DNA from: Akkermansia sp.
GTDB taxonomy: Bacteria; Verrucomicrobiota; Verrucomicrobiia; Verrucomicrobiales; Akkermansiaceae
Direction of reading: 5' to 3'
Assembly (NCBI GenBank): GCA_045651585.1
Contig: JAZRSQ010000093.1
Span: 19,624-83,623 of the forward strand
Length of the DNA: 64,000 nucleotides
Made by a program: the position numbers and the translations under genes
The notes under the pieces: generated by a model
The model's input: the letters and a program-made list of their open reading frames with translations, nothing else
Databases searched by the model: none
Told to the model about the DNA's origin: nothing
Part shown: positions 38,698-47,202 of the stretch, in pieces
Numbering within the stretch: position 1 is the first letter of the stretch
Layout of the letters: each line of letters starts with the position of its first letter

Positions 38698-38848
38698 CAC
38701 CCGTGAAAGGAGTTGCCGGAACTTCGGGGTGCTGAGAATTCATGCTCTACCGATTGAGCGACAGTGACCATTGAAAGACTGTAAGAGGGCCACCGGGCGG
38801 ACTCGAACCGCCAACACTGAACATCAGATTAGAATTGCAGAAAAGTTC
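38698..38848 (-). ncRNA. Y-RNA-like cassette 4 with circularly permuted tRNA mimic
   Basis: B - GGCGG-TTCGAGT-CCGCC - CGGTGGCC/GGTCACTG stem closed by a loop - TC-GCTC-AATCGGTA-GAGC - A. Confidence 0.8.
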
Positions 38849-38872
38849 AGAACATTTTGTGAGCGGAATTGT

Positions 38873-38938
38873 TCAACTCAGTTGCCCTTGGCTACCGCGT
38901 TGAGATTCTTCCACCGTATGGAAATTGAATGTTTTCAT
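38873..38938 (-). CDS. Duplicated 21-codon sORF, copy 1 (MKTFNFHTVEESQRGSQGQLS)
   Basis: Same context as copy 2. Confidence 0.35.
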   Translation of the reverse strand: MKTFNFHTVEESQRGSQGQLS

Positions 38939-38974
38939 AATAATGCTTATGATGATTGGTTGGTAAAGGGGGTA

Positions 38975-39123
38975 CACCCGTGAAAGGAGTTGCCGGAACT
39001 TCGGGGTGCTAGATTTCAGGCTCTACCTCTGAGCTACGGTGACCATTAAGTGGCTGTGAGAGGGCCACCGGGCGGAGTCGAACCGCCGACAATGAACATC
39101 CGGTTACAGTTGCAGAAAAGTTC
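38975..39123 (-). ncRNA. Y-RNA-like cassette 3 with circularly permuted tRNA mimic
   Basis: B - GGCGG-TTCGACT-CCGCC - CGGTGGCC/GGTCACCG - TA-GCTC-AGAGGTA-GAGC - A. Confidence 0.8.
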
Positions 39124-39140
39124 ACGAAAGGGGGAGTGTG

Positions 39141-39274
39141 TGCCCGTGAAAGGGGTTGCCGGAACTTCAGGCACACGAGTTGGTTAAGCCGCAACCTTGT
39201 TGAAGGGATTGCGGACAGCCCGAACCACATAAGAGTGACGGTAAGACCAGTCTATAGTGATTGCAGGAAAGTTC
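39141..39274 (-). ncRNA. Cassette 2, structured non-tRNA cargo between motifs B and A
   Basis: CCGCAATC/GGTTGCGG hairpin within a TGGTT/AACCA stem. Confidence 0.55.
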
Positions 39275-39286
39275 CATGAAGGGGAG

Positions 39287-39433
39287 TCAACCGTATAAGG
39301 AGTTTCCGGAACTTCGGGTCGACAGGTTGCATCAACTGCTCTACCAACTGAGCTAAAGTAGTCAAACCACTTCGCGGACTCGAACCGCGGACCAATTGCT
39401 TACTCTTGCAGGGTGGGGGTTGCAGTAAAGTTC
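39287..39433 (-). ncRNA. Y-RNA-like cassette 1 with circularly permuted tRNA mimic
   Basis: B - CGCGG-TTCGAGT-CCGCG - AAGTGGT-TTG-ACTACTT (7-bp acceptor closed by a 3-nt loop) - TA-GCTC-AGTTGGTA-GAGC - A. Confidence 0.85.
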
Positions 39434-39496
39434 AACAGGAGCTGCCGTTGCTCCTCGGGAGGCAGGAGTGGACAGCGGGTAGTTCCTGTGGGGAGA

Positions 39497-39524
39497 AGAT
39501 TAGCACAACCAAAACCCTTGTCAA
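39497..39524 (-). promoter_or_regulatory. Promoter driving the RNA array and DUF2828 gene
   Basis: TTGACA - N16 - TAATCT with TGn extension; TSS near 39490. Confidence 0.65.
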
Positions 39525-39572
39525 GCATTTTTTCAATAAAAATGCAAAAAAAGTTGCAAAAACGTGATTTTT

Positions 39573-41024
39573 TTATGATTTTTCGGGCTTCAACAGGTGC
39601 TCCGCAGTGGCCTCATCATACATAACGACACGATATCCCTCGCATCCTGTCGTCACCAGAGTCCCCCACTCCACCTCGGAGTACAGATTGCAGAGGGTCA
39701 TGGTATGCCCGGGTTCAATAGCCGAGGTACCGCGCATAAGTTGATAAAGGACATCCGCCAAAGGCTCAAAGGGAGTGAGCCTTTTTTTATAGACCGATTC
39801 GGGCATCTCCAGCTCCACCTCCGGCAGGCCGTAATCGGTCATGCCCTGAGTAGCAAGCAGATATTCATCATCCTCCGTACGCCCGAGAGCCACACCAATG
39901 AGGTTGTAGGGCATCAGCTCACCCGGTTCCCCCTTAAAGGCGGAACCGATAAAGGACTGGAACTGCACCCCGACCACGCCGGGCATGGTTTCAAACAGGA
40001 ACAGAGCTGTCAGGGCTCGCTCTGCAACCGCCACAGGGTCATCGTTCACATTCCCCAGTACGGACACCTCCACGTAGGCAGTGTGGCTCATGATCTGCTC
40101 GATAACTTCATTCTTGAGCGGGCTCTCATCCAGGCTCTCTCGCAGAGCATCGGCATTCCACTGCCCGGTATGCGCAGTGATGGTCACACCCTCGGGCCAT
40201 GCCTTGGCAATAGTAGCCACATCGGGCAGCTCCCCCTTCACAAACACACGACCGCTGTAGGTCGGCACGGGTACGCGCAGGTTTCGCCCCCGCTTGCCAC
40301 CGGCCTCGGTCAGCAGGCGGCGCAATTCGTCATTTTTCTCGTAACCCACGTGCGTTTCATCGCAGGCGAGGTCAAACGGGGTATTGCCGGAGGGACTGCA
40401 GGCATTCACATCGGCCCCATACTCGTGCAGCAGGTAGCGCAGCATGCCGAGCGATTCCTCGGGGTTATAGAACCAGCCATAGACCACGGCATGCAGGGGT
40501 GTGTTGCCATGAGCCTCCTGCGACTGGCTCTCGGTAATCTTGTCGGCACCCAGCTCCACCATCACACGAGCCATCTCCACTGAACCATGCACAATACAGC
40601 TCAGCCAGGGGGATTCCGTCTCGGTCTCAGGTTTCATACCGGACTCCAACAGCAAGCGCAGCATTTCGGGTGAACCGTGCTGCACGCAGAGATTAAGCAG
40701 CTCCACCTCATCTTCCTCCATCAGGCGCTCTTGCAGGTGGGCAGCATTCCCGGCCATTGCCAGCAGTTCCTTCATGCAGTCCGGGCTGTTCTCCATCACA
40801 GCAACCGTCAGGTAGGACACCAGCAACTCGTAGTCATCATCCACCAGATAACTGCGGTTCTTCTGCAACAGTATGCGCAAAGCCGCAACATCGCCTTTTT
40901 CAATGGCCTGTGCAATATGACGCCCGATGCGATAAAACTTCACCCAGTACCAGCCAAAACAGAGGGCAAAGAACAGAACTACGAGACCAATCTTCACAAG
41001 CGGCTTTATCCATATGGCGTCCAT
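39573..41024 (-). CDS. Membrane-anchored ankyrin-repeat protein with DUF4261-like C-terminal domain
   Basis: TM, GNTPLHAV, GNTPFDLA; C-terminal TQGM..YGLPEVE...Y.L......EPGHT; start set by TTGACG-N17-TAGAAT-N7-ATG. Confidence 0.75.
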   Translation of the reverse strand: MDAIWIKPLVKIGLVVLFFALCFGWYWVKFYRIGRHIAQAIEKGDVAALRILLQKNRSYLVDDDYELLVSYLTVAVMENSPDCMKELLAMAGNAAHLQERLMEEDEVELLNLCVQHGSPEMLRLLLESGMKPETETESPWLSCIVHGSVEMARVMVELGADKITESQSQEAHGNTPLHAVVYGWFYNPEESLGMLRYLLHEYGADVNACSPSGNTPFDLACDETHVGYEKNDELRRLLTEAGGKRGRNLRVPVPTYSGRVFVKGELPDVATIAKAWPEGVTITAHTGQWNADALRESLDESPLKNEVIEQIMSHTAYVEVSVLGNVNDDPVAVAERALTALFLFETMPGVVGVQFQSFIGSAFKGEPGELMPYNLIGVALGRTEDDEYLLATQGMTDYGLPEVELEMPESVYKKRLTPFEPLADVLYQLMRGTSAIEPGHTMTLCNLYSEVEWGTLVTTGCEGYRVVMYDEATAEHLLKPEKS

Positions 41025-41146
41025 GCGCCACATTCTACCAAAGAGCTTAGGCAGCGTCAAGCAATAGTTGCTTTTTTTTAACTATTTTTCATCAACGTAC
41101 ACAATAAAGCCTTGCGGGGGTACGTTCGCGCGCGTATAATGCGCCC

Positions 41147-42268
41147 ATGCCAACCGTCAATTTGTCTCTCGGAGCCCGCTCCTACAATGTGCATGTGGAA
41201 AACAACTCGCTGGACAGCGTGGGGTACCTTACCGGTCGCCTGCGCATGAATGGCAAGGCAGCCGTTATCAGCGACAGCAATGTGTGCCCCCTGTATGGCG
41301 AAAAAGTCATTCAGAGTCTGGAGGATGCCGGGTACAGCACCTCTCTGCATGTGTTCGAAGCAGGCGAGCAGAGCAAAAACCTGAGCACCGTTGAACAGAT
41401 TGTCAACGAAATGGTAGCAGCGGGCCATGACCGCAGCAGTTTTGTGGTAGCACTGGGTGGCGGTGTCGTCGGCGACATGGCCGGCTTCATTGCCTCCATT
41501 TACTACCGTGGCATACCTTTCATTCAGATTCCCACCACCGTCATGGCACAGGTGGACAGCTCGGTGGGTGGCAAAACAGCTGTTGACATAGCCGGGGGCA
41601 AGAACCTCATCGGCGCATTCCACCAGCCGGCACTCGTCGTAGCAGACCCCACCACCCTGCTCACCCTGCCACCGCGAGTTCTGCGCGAAGGTATGGCCGA
41701 GATGGTCAAACACGCAGCCATCCGCAAGCCGCGCATGCTGCAGACACTGCGACGCTTGGCCGACGAAATTGATTTAGGCTTCACCCTCAACACCATCGAA
41801 AAGCTCCCGGGTATCATTGCCGACAACATCGCCATCAAAGCCCGTATCGTAGAAGAAGATGAAAAGGAAACCTGCGGCGTACGCGCCTTCCTGAACCTGG
41901 GGCACACCCTCGGTCACGGCATCGAGGCCAGCGTGCCCTACGGCGACCTGCTGCATGGCGAAGTAGTGAGCCTGGGTCTGCGTGGCGCCCTGTGGCTGAG
42001 TCGCAAATACTGCGGACTGAGCGAAAGTGCCGCACGCGACGTGCTCGATACCCTCGCTGCGCTGGAGCTACCGCTGACCATGCCCGAGGGCGTTGAAGTT
42101 GAGCGAGCCCTGAAGTTCACCGCGAGCGACAAGAAGTTCAGCGGTGGCAACATACGATTTGTGCTGCTGAAAGCCCCCGGCGAACCCGTACTGTCCAAAG
42201 ATATCACCGCCGATGACCTGGCCGATGCCATGCGACACCTCACCACACCCTTAACACTCAATTCCTAA
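41147..42268 (+). CDS. aroB: 3-dehydroquinate synthase
   Basis: GEQSK, LGGGVVGDMAGF, RGIPFIQIPTT, DSSVGGKT, KNLIGAFHQP, LNLGHT.GH.IE, HGE. Confidence 0.97.
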   Translation: MPTVNLSLGARSYNVHVENNSLDSVGYLTGRLRMNGKAAVISDSNVCPLYGEKVIQSLEDAGYSTSLHVFEAGEQSKNLSTVEQIVNEMVAAGHDRSSFVVALGGGVVGDMAGFIASIYYRGIPFIQIPTTVMAQVDSSVGGKTAVDIAGGKNLIGAFHQPALVVADPTTLLTLPPRVLREGMAEMVKHAAIRKPRMLQTLRRLADEIDLGFTLNTIEKLPGIIADNIAIKARIVEEDEKETCGVRAFLNLGHTLGHGIEASVPYGDLLHGEVVSLGLRGALWLSRKYCGLSESAARDVLDTLAALELPLTMPEGVEVERALKFTASDKKFSGGNIRFVLLKAPGEPVLSKDITADDLADAMRHLTTPLTLNS

Positions 42269-42273
42269 GATTT

Positions 42274-43383
42274 ATGACCGATCCCCGCACAACACAGCTC
42301 GCAACGAGCCTTATATCCCACTCCTGCCGCGTGCAACCCGGTGAGCACGTATTGCTGGAGATTATCGACGCGCCCGATGAAATCGCCATCGAGCTCATTC
42401 GTGCCGTACGTCAAGCCGGCGGCATTCCCCACATCAACCTGCGCCACAGCCGCGTGAGCCGCGAAATGCTCGCCGGCGCTACCGATGCCCAGTACGAGAG
42501 CATTGCCGGGTTCGAACTGGCCGAAATGCAGGCTATGGATGCCTACATCGCCATCCGCGGCGGCACCAACAGCTTCGAGAACTCATCCGTTCCCGCAGAG
42601 GCTATGAAACTGGCTATGAAGCACATGCGCCCCGTACACAACCACCGCGTATGCAAGACCAAGTGGTGCGTGCTGCGCTGGCCCACACCGGCCATGGCTC
42701 AGGGTGCCGGCATGAGCACCGAGGCCTTCGAGGACTTCTACTTCCGCTGCTGTCTGGCCGATTATGATGCACTGAAGGCTGCTATGGACAAGTTGGCCGA
42801 GCGGATGATGAAGACTGACGTGGTGCACATTGTCGGCCCCGGCACCGACCTGACATTCAGCATTAAGGGCATGCCCGCCATTCCCTGCGCCGGTGAGATG
42901 AACATTCCCGACGGCGAGGTCTTCACCGCTCCGATTAAGGACAGCGTGAATGGCACCATCCACTACACAGCTCCCACCCTGTTCCAGGGCATACCTTTCG
43001 ATGGCATACGCCTGACATTCAAGGATGGCAAGATTGTGGAGGCTCACTGCAACGGCAATGAGGAGGCCCTCAACAAGATTCTCGATTCCGACGAGGGTGC
43101 CCGCTTTATCGGCGAGTTTGCACTCGGCGTAAATCCCTACATCCTCAAGCCCATGCGCGACATCCTCTTCGACGAGAAAATCGGCGGCTCCTTCCACTTC
43201 ACCCCCGGGCAGGCCTACGAGAACTGCGACAACGGCAACCGCTCTCAGGTACACTGGGATATGGTGTGCATACAGCGTGCCGATTACGGCGGTGGCGAGA
43301 TTTACTTCGACGGCGAGCTCATTCGCAAGGACGGCATCTTCACCGACCCCGAGCTGGCCATTCTTAACCCCGTCATGAACTGA
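42274..43383 (+). CDS. Aminopeptidase, M29 (AmpS/PepS) family, paralog 1
   Basis: NIPDGEVFTAP, IGEFALG, ILFDEKIGGSFHF.PG.AY, S.VHWD.V. Confidence 0.93.
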   Translation: MTDPRTTQLATSLISHSCRVQPGEHVLLEIIDAPDEIAIELIRAVRQAGGIPHINLRHSRVSREMLAGATDAQYESIAGFELAEMQAMDAYIAIRGGTNSFENSSVPAEAMKLAMKHMRPVHNHRVCKTKWCVLRWPTPAMAQGAGMSTEAFEDFYFRCCLADYDALKAAMDKLAERMMKTDVVHIVGPGTDLTFSIKGMPAIPCAGEMNIPDGEVFTAPIKDSVNGTIHYTAPTLFQGIPFDGIRLTFKDGKIVEAHCNGNEEALNKILDSDEGARFIGEFALGVNPYILKPMRDILFDEKIGGSFHFTPGQAYENCDNGNRSQVHWDMVCIQRADYGGGEIYFDGELIRKDGIFTDPELAILNPVMN

Positions 43384-43388
43384 ATACC

Positions 43389-44495
43389 ATGAAAGACCCT
43401 CGTTATCAGAAACTTGCCGAGCAGGTTGTGGGCTACGCCGTGCGTGTGCAACCCGGTGAGCGTGTAAACCTGCGTATGCTCGACATCCCCGACGCCATGG
43501 TCGTGGAGCTCATTCGTGCTGTGCGTCAGGCCGGTGGTATTCCCCACGTGGATATCAGCCACGCTGCCATCAACCGAGAGCTGCAGAAAGGCGCCACCGA
43601 GGAGCAATACGAGCTCGAAGGGCGCTACCGCCTGCAGCGCGCTCAGGACATGGATGTCAACGTCGTCTTCTACGGCGATTACAACAGCTTTGAGAGTGCT
43701 GACGTGCCGGCCGAGTGCATGAAAATCGTGAGCCGCCACATGAAGGCCGCCAGCGATTTCACCGTCAACAAGCGTAAATGGACGGTACTGGCTTGGCCCA
43801 CCCCGAGCATGGCACAGGCTGCCGGCATGAGCACCGAGGACTTCGAGGATTTCTATTTCCGCTGCTGTCTGGCAGACTACGCCACCATGAAGGAGGGCAT
43901 GCAGAAGCTCAAGGCCATGATGGAATCCACCGATGAGGTTCGAATCGTTGGCCCGGGCACCGATCTGCGCTTCAGCATCAAGGGGGTACCCGCCATTGTA
44001 TGCGCCGGCGACTGCAACATTCCCGACGGCGAGGTGTACACGGCCCCGGTGCGCGACAGCATCAACGGTACCATCACCTACAACGCCCCCACCATTTACC
44101 ACGGCATACCCTTCGACGGCGTATCCTTCCGCTTTGAAAACGGTAAGATTGTGGAGGCCCACTGCAACGGTAACGATGAAGCCCTCAACAAGATTCTCGA
44201 CACCGATGACGGTGCACGCTACATCGGCGAGTTCGCTCTGGGTGTGAACCCTTATGTGCTCAAGCCCATGCGCGACATCCTCTTCGATGAAAAGATTGCC
44301 GGCTCATTCCACCTGACTCCCGGTCAGTGCTACGACGAGGCCCCCAACGGCAACGAGTCCGCCATTCACTGGGATTTGGTCTGCATACAGCGACCGGAAT
44401 ACGGTGGTGGTGAAATCTACTTCGACGGCAAGCTCATACGTAAGGACGGTGTGTTCACCGCCCCTGAGCTGGCTCTGTTCAATGCTGCAGAATAA
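43389..44495 (+). CDS. Aminopeptidase, M29 family, paralog 2
   Basis: Same motifs; tandem paralog 5 nt downstream. Confidence 0.93.
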   Translation: MKDPRYQKLAEQVVGYAVRVQPGERVNLRMLDIPDAMVVELIRAVRQAGGIPHVDISHAAINRELQKGATEEQYELEGRYRLQRAQDMDVNVVFYGDYNSFESADVPAECMKIVSRHMKAASDFTVNKRKWTVLAWPTPSMAQAAGMSTEDFEDFYFRCCLADYATMKEGMQKLKAMMESTDEVRIVGPGTDLRFSIKGVPAIVCAGDCNIPDGEVYTAPVRDSINGTITYNAPTIYHGIPFDGVSFRFENGKIVEAHCNGNDEALNKILDTDDGARYIGEFALGVNPYVLKPMRDILFDEKIAGSFHLTPGQCYDEAPNGNESAIHWDLVCIQRPEYGGGEIYFDGKLIRKDGVFTAPELALFNAAE

Positions 44496-44510
44496 ACAGC
44501 GCATCACATT

Positions 44511-45365
44511 ATGAAAAACCCACATCTCATCCGGCGATTGACTGACCACGTCATCCGTAACAAGTACCGCTATGTTACGTTGGCATTGGTAGCCCTGCTC
44601 TGTAAGTGCACAGCAGAAATCACCGGGGGGATGTGGGCTGACAGTCTGGAGTGCAACACCACCACTCTACCCGCAGAGGCTCTGCCCGGAGCCGGAGCCC
44701 TGCGCATTGCCCTCATTACCGACCTGCACAACGTCCCCGAAAGGATGGAAAAGGTCGTGGAAGAACTGCAAAAGCAGAAGCCTGATTTGATTCTCTTCGG
44801 CGGTGACCTTGTTACAGCTGAAGAAAGATTTCACCGCAGCCGCTGGGCGGTAGCAGGATTCCGCAAGCTGACCGAGATTGCTCCGACCTATGCCGTTCTC
44901 GGCAACCACGATTACGAAAAACTGGTCCAAGTAGAGCGGGTCTACGCCACAGCCGGTGTCACTCTGCTCAGAAATCGGGCTGTCGATTTGCGGACTCCCG
45001 GCGGAGGGCGATTGAAATTGGTCGGCTTAGGGGACTGGAATGAGGGCGATGAAAAGCCACAGTTCTGCCTTGCCCGCAAGGGAAAAGAAGAGGGAGCCGT
45101 ACTCCTGCTCAGCCACGACCCGGAAAGTCGCTGGCTGCTGCGTGATTACGCTTGGCACCTCATGCTCTCCGGGCACAACCACGGCGGGCAATTGGGGATT
45201 CCCTTCACCGACATTTACCTGAGCTTCCGCTCGTCCATGCCGGCCGGCCTATTTGACTTCGAAGAAGGGCGCCGCGTATTGGTTTCCCGCGGGGTAGGCA
45301 GCATACTGGATATGCGCTTTTTCTGCACCCCCGAAATCAATATCATTGAGATTGCTGCAGAGTAG
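44511..45365 (+). CDS. Metallophosphoesterase (YkuE-like)
   Basis: TDLH, GGD, GNHD, SH.P, SGHNHGGQ, SRGVG. Confidence 0.92.
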   Translation: MKNPHLIRRLTDHVIRNKYRYVTLALVALLCKCTAEITGGMWADSLECNTTTLPAEALPGAGALRIALITDLHNVPERMEKVVEELQKQKPDLILFGGDLVTAEERFHRSRWAVAGFRKLTEIAPTYAVLGNHDYEKLVQVERVYATAGVTLLRNRAVDLRTPGGGRLKLVGLGDWNEGDEKPQFCLARKGKEEGAVLLLSHDPESRWLLRDYAWHLMLSGHNHGGQLGIPFTDIYLSFRSSMPAGLFDFEEGRRVLVSRGVGSILDMRFFCTPEINIIEIAAE

Positions 45366-45717
45366 CCCCTTTCTCTTCCTGCTCTGCAGGTTGCACTTGC
45401 TGCGGGGTCCCCTCTGTGGGGAACAACTTATCTGTAGCCTCTTTCCACATGAAAAAGGCAATAATAGCGTATATGGGAGTCAGAGCCCAGCCAACGTAAT
45501 TCACAATGCGCCCCAGAAATTTGCCGTCAACGACCAAACCGGCTATATAAACAGCCAAACCGGCGATAACTGAAATGGACATCAGCGATATGGTGCCGGG
45601 AATATCATGGTCATTGAAAATAAAGTTCAGCACAGCCGGAAACACGCCCAACATGGCAGCGGCCCCCACGGCATCCCACTTTCCAAATGCATTGTAATCC
45701 TCCGGTTCTTCTGGCAT
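45343..45717 (-). CDS. Hypothetical membrane protein
   Basis: Three TMs; TATACT 8 nt before the ATG. Confidence 0.6.
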   Translation of the reverse strand: MPEEPEDYNAFGKWDAVGAAAMLGVFPAVLNFIFNDHDIPGTISLMSISVIAGLAVYIAGLVVDGKFLGRIVNYVGWALTPIYAIIAFFMWKEATDKLFPTEGTPQQVQPAEQEEKGATLQQSQ

Positions 45718-45844
45718 ACGCCCAGAGTATACCCTTCCCTACCCTTTTTGGCAATACTTTTGTTGACAACTGCCGCGCTCAATACACATTTTCAAATATT
45801 GACCTTGACGTGCGGGGGGTATTTGCTTTAGAATAACGGCTGAC

Positions 45845-46531
45845 ATGAAAATTCTTGTGGCACTTTTCCGTATTCTCTGCAGCGTACTTCTGGTATTGCT
45901 GGTACTGGCACTTCAGCACATAACATGCAGCATGACTTTCGGCGAGCTGTGGCAGCAAATCACGGCTCATGCCAGCGCTGACTGGCAGATTCTGGCTTGG
46001 GCCGCCGGTATAGCTCTGGTACTCAGCCTTGTTCGCAGTCTGGGAGTAGTGTGGAATGTTATTTTCAGCCTGCTGACATTCATGCTGATGGCCGAACTGG
46101 TCATGATTGCAGCCGGCCCGGGGGCCGCCTTCACCCCTCAGATTTGCAAACTGATTGATGCCGCCGGCTACATCAAGACAATCCCTGACGTTGTGTGGCT
46201 GGTTCCGCTCCTGTGGCTTGTGGGCTGCCTGTGCGCCCGCAATCAGGTATCGGTATTCCTGACTGCGGTCGTGTGCTATCTGCTGTGGCTGCTGCTCACC
46301 TGGCTGCTGACTCTCGGTGTGAACACTTGGCTGGGCATGGGGCGTCCCTCTCCGGAAATGATTGCTGACCTCTTCCGCGGTAACAGCTGGCTACCGGCAG
46401 CTATCACCGGCACCTTCCTGCTGGTCTATGCCCTGATTATGGCCATTTTCGAAGCCTTCCTGCGCAGAAAGAAACCGGCCAAAGAACAAGTAACCAAGGA
46501 ATCGACCGAGAAAACCGAAGCTACAGCATGA
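45845..46531 (+). CDS. Hypothetical polytopic membrane protein
   Basis: About 6-7 TM segments; stop overlaps the next ATG. Confidence 0.7.
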   Translation: MKILVALFRILCSVLLVLLVLALQHITCSMTFGELWQQITAHASADWQILAWAAGIALVLSLVRSLGVVWNVIFSLLTFMLMAELVMIAAGPGAAFTPQICKLIDAAGYIKTIPDVVWLVPLLWLVGCLCARNQVSVFLTAVVCYLLWLLLTWLLTLGVNTWLGMGRPSPEMIADLFRGNSWLPAAITGTFLLVYALIMAIFEAFLRRKKPAKEQVTKESTEKTEATA

Positions 46532-47202
46532 GGCTTTTAATCCCCCTTCTACCCTTACTCATGTTTTCCATTTTTACCGGCTGCGAGGGCGCACCACCCG
46601 AGCAGCGAGTGGCCACGGCTCGCCAAAATGTCCAACCCGAACTGGGAGAGCATTTTGGCAAGCCTGTTTTTATTCGTATTATCAAAGAAGATTACGAACT
46701 CGAGCTCTGGGTGCAGGAAGCCGACAAAAACTGGCACTGTATCAAAACGTATGAAATCGCCGGAATGAGCGGTGATTTGGGCCCCAAAACGCGCGAGGGC
46801 GATGAACAAGCCCCCGAGGGCTTTTACCGAGTTGTCCCGGGAGCCATGAACCCTCGCAGCAGCTACCACCTTTCGTTCAACATCGGTTACCCGAACTCGT
46901 ATGACCGCAGTCTGGGGCGAACCGGCTCATTCATCATGGTGCATGGCAGCGATGTATCCATCGGTTGCTTTGCCATGACCGACCCGGGGATAGAAGAGAT
47001 TTACACCTTGGTAAATGAAGCGTTCAAGGCAGGCGAGGAGGATGTACCGGTACAGGTTTACCCCTTCCGCATGACGCCGGAACGCATGGCAGAAGAAGCG
47101 CAGAACAAGCACTACGAGTTCTGGCAGCACCTGCTGCCCGGCTGGCAATACACAGAACAGCACGCAGCCCCCTACCCCGACAATGATTCAATGGCTGACT
47201 GA
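46528..47202 (+). CDS. L,D-transpeptidase family protein (YafK/DpaA-like)
   Basis: GPK.REGD.QAPEGFY, GYPN.YD, IMVHG..VSIGCFAM. Confidence 0.9.
   Translation: MRLLIPLLPLLMFSIFTGCEGAPPEQRVATARQNVQPELGEHFGKPVFIRIIKEDYELELWVQEADKNWHCIKTYEIAGMSGDLGPKTREGDEQAPEGFYRVVPGAMNPRSSYHLSFNIGYPNSYDRSLGRTGSFIMVHGSDVSIGCFAMTDPGIEEIYTLVNEAFKAGEEDVPVQVYPFRMTPERMAEEAQNKHYEFWQHLLPGWQYTEQHAAPYPDNDSMAD

Larger units (their letters stand above)
38472..39322 (-). repeat. Five copies of a ~34-nt hairpin motif A (CACCCCGAAGTTCCGGCAACTCCTTTCACGGGTG)
   Basis: Copies at 38472-505, 38698-731, 38975-39008, 39141-173, 39287-322; invariant core, compensatory changes in the outer stem. Confidence 0.95.
38551..39433 (-). repeat. 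Five copies of 14-nt motif B (GAACTTTTCTGCAA consensus)
   Basis: Copies at 38551-564, 38835-848, 39110-123, 39261-274, 39420-433. Confidence 0.93.

Noticed and set aside
38589-39123. Two-piece (permuted) tmRNA with tag peptide
   Set aside because: These elements have full D stems (tmRNA does not), are multiple, lack CCA ends and an Ala-type acceptor end, and the sORF has its own ATG and no AxxAA-like tag end
38771-39230. ORFs 38771-38983(+) and 39009-39230(-), plus the 5' extension of 38589-38771
   Set aside because: They are chance translations of the structured RNA array with no protein-like features
38472-39322. CRISPR array (34-nt hairpin repeats with variable intervening DNA)
   Set aside because: Repeat-to-repeat distances are 146-277 nt and irregular, the intervals are structured RNA or duplicated sequence, and no cas genes are present
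38738-39398. Ordinary tRNA genes, or tRNAs with large introns (D arm of one unit plus T arm of the next)
   Set aside because: The T arm precedes the D arm; the first T arm has no upstream D arm and the last D arm no downstream T arm; unit 1's acceptor strands pair only with each other across a 3-nt loop; there is no anticodon loop
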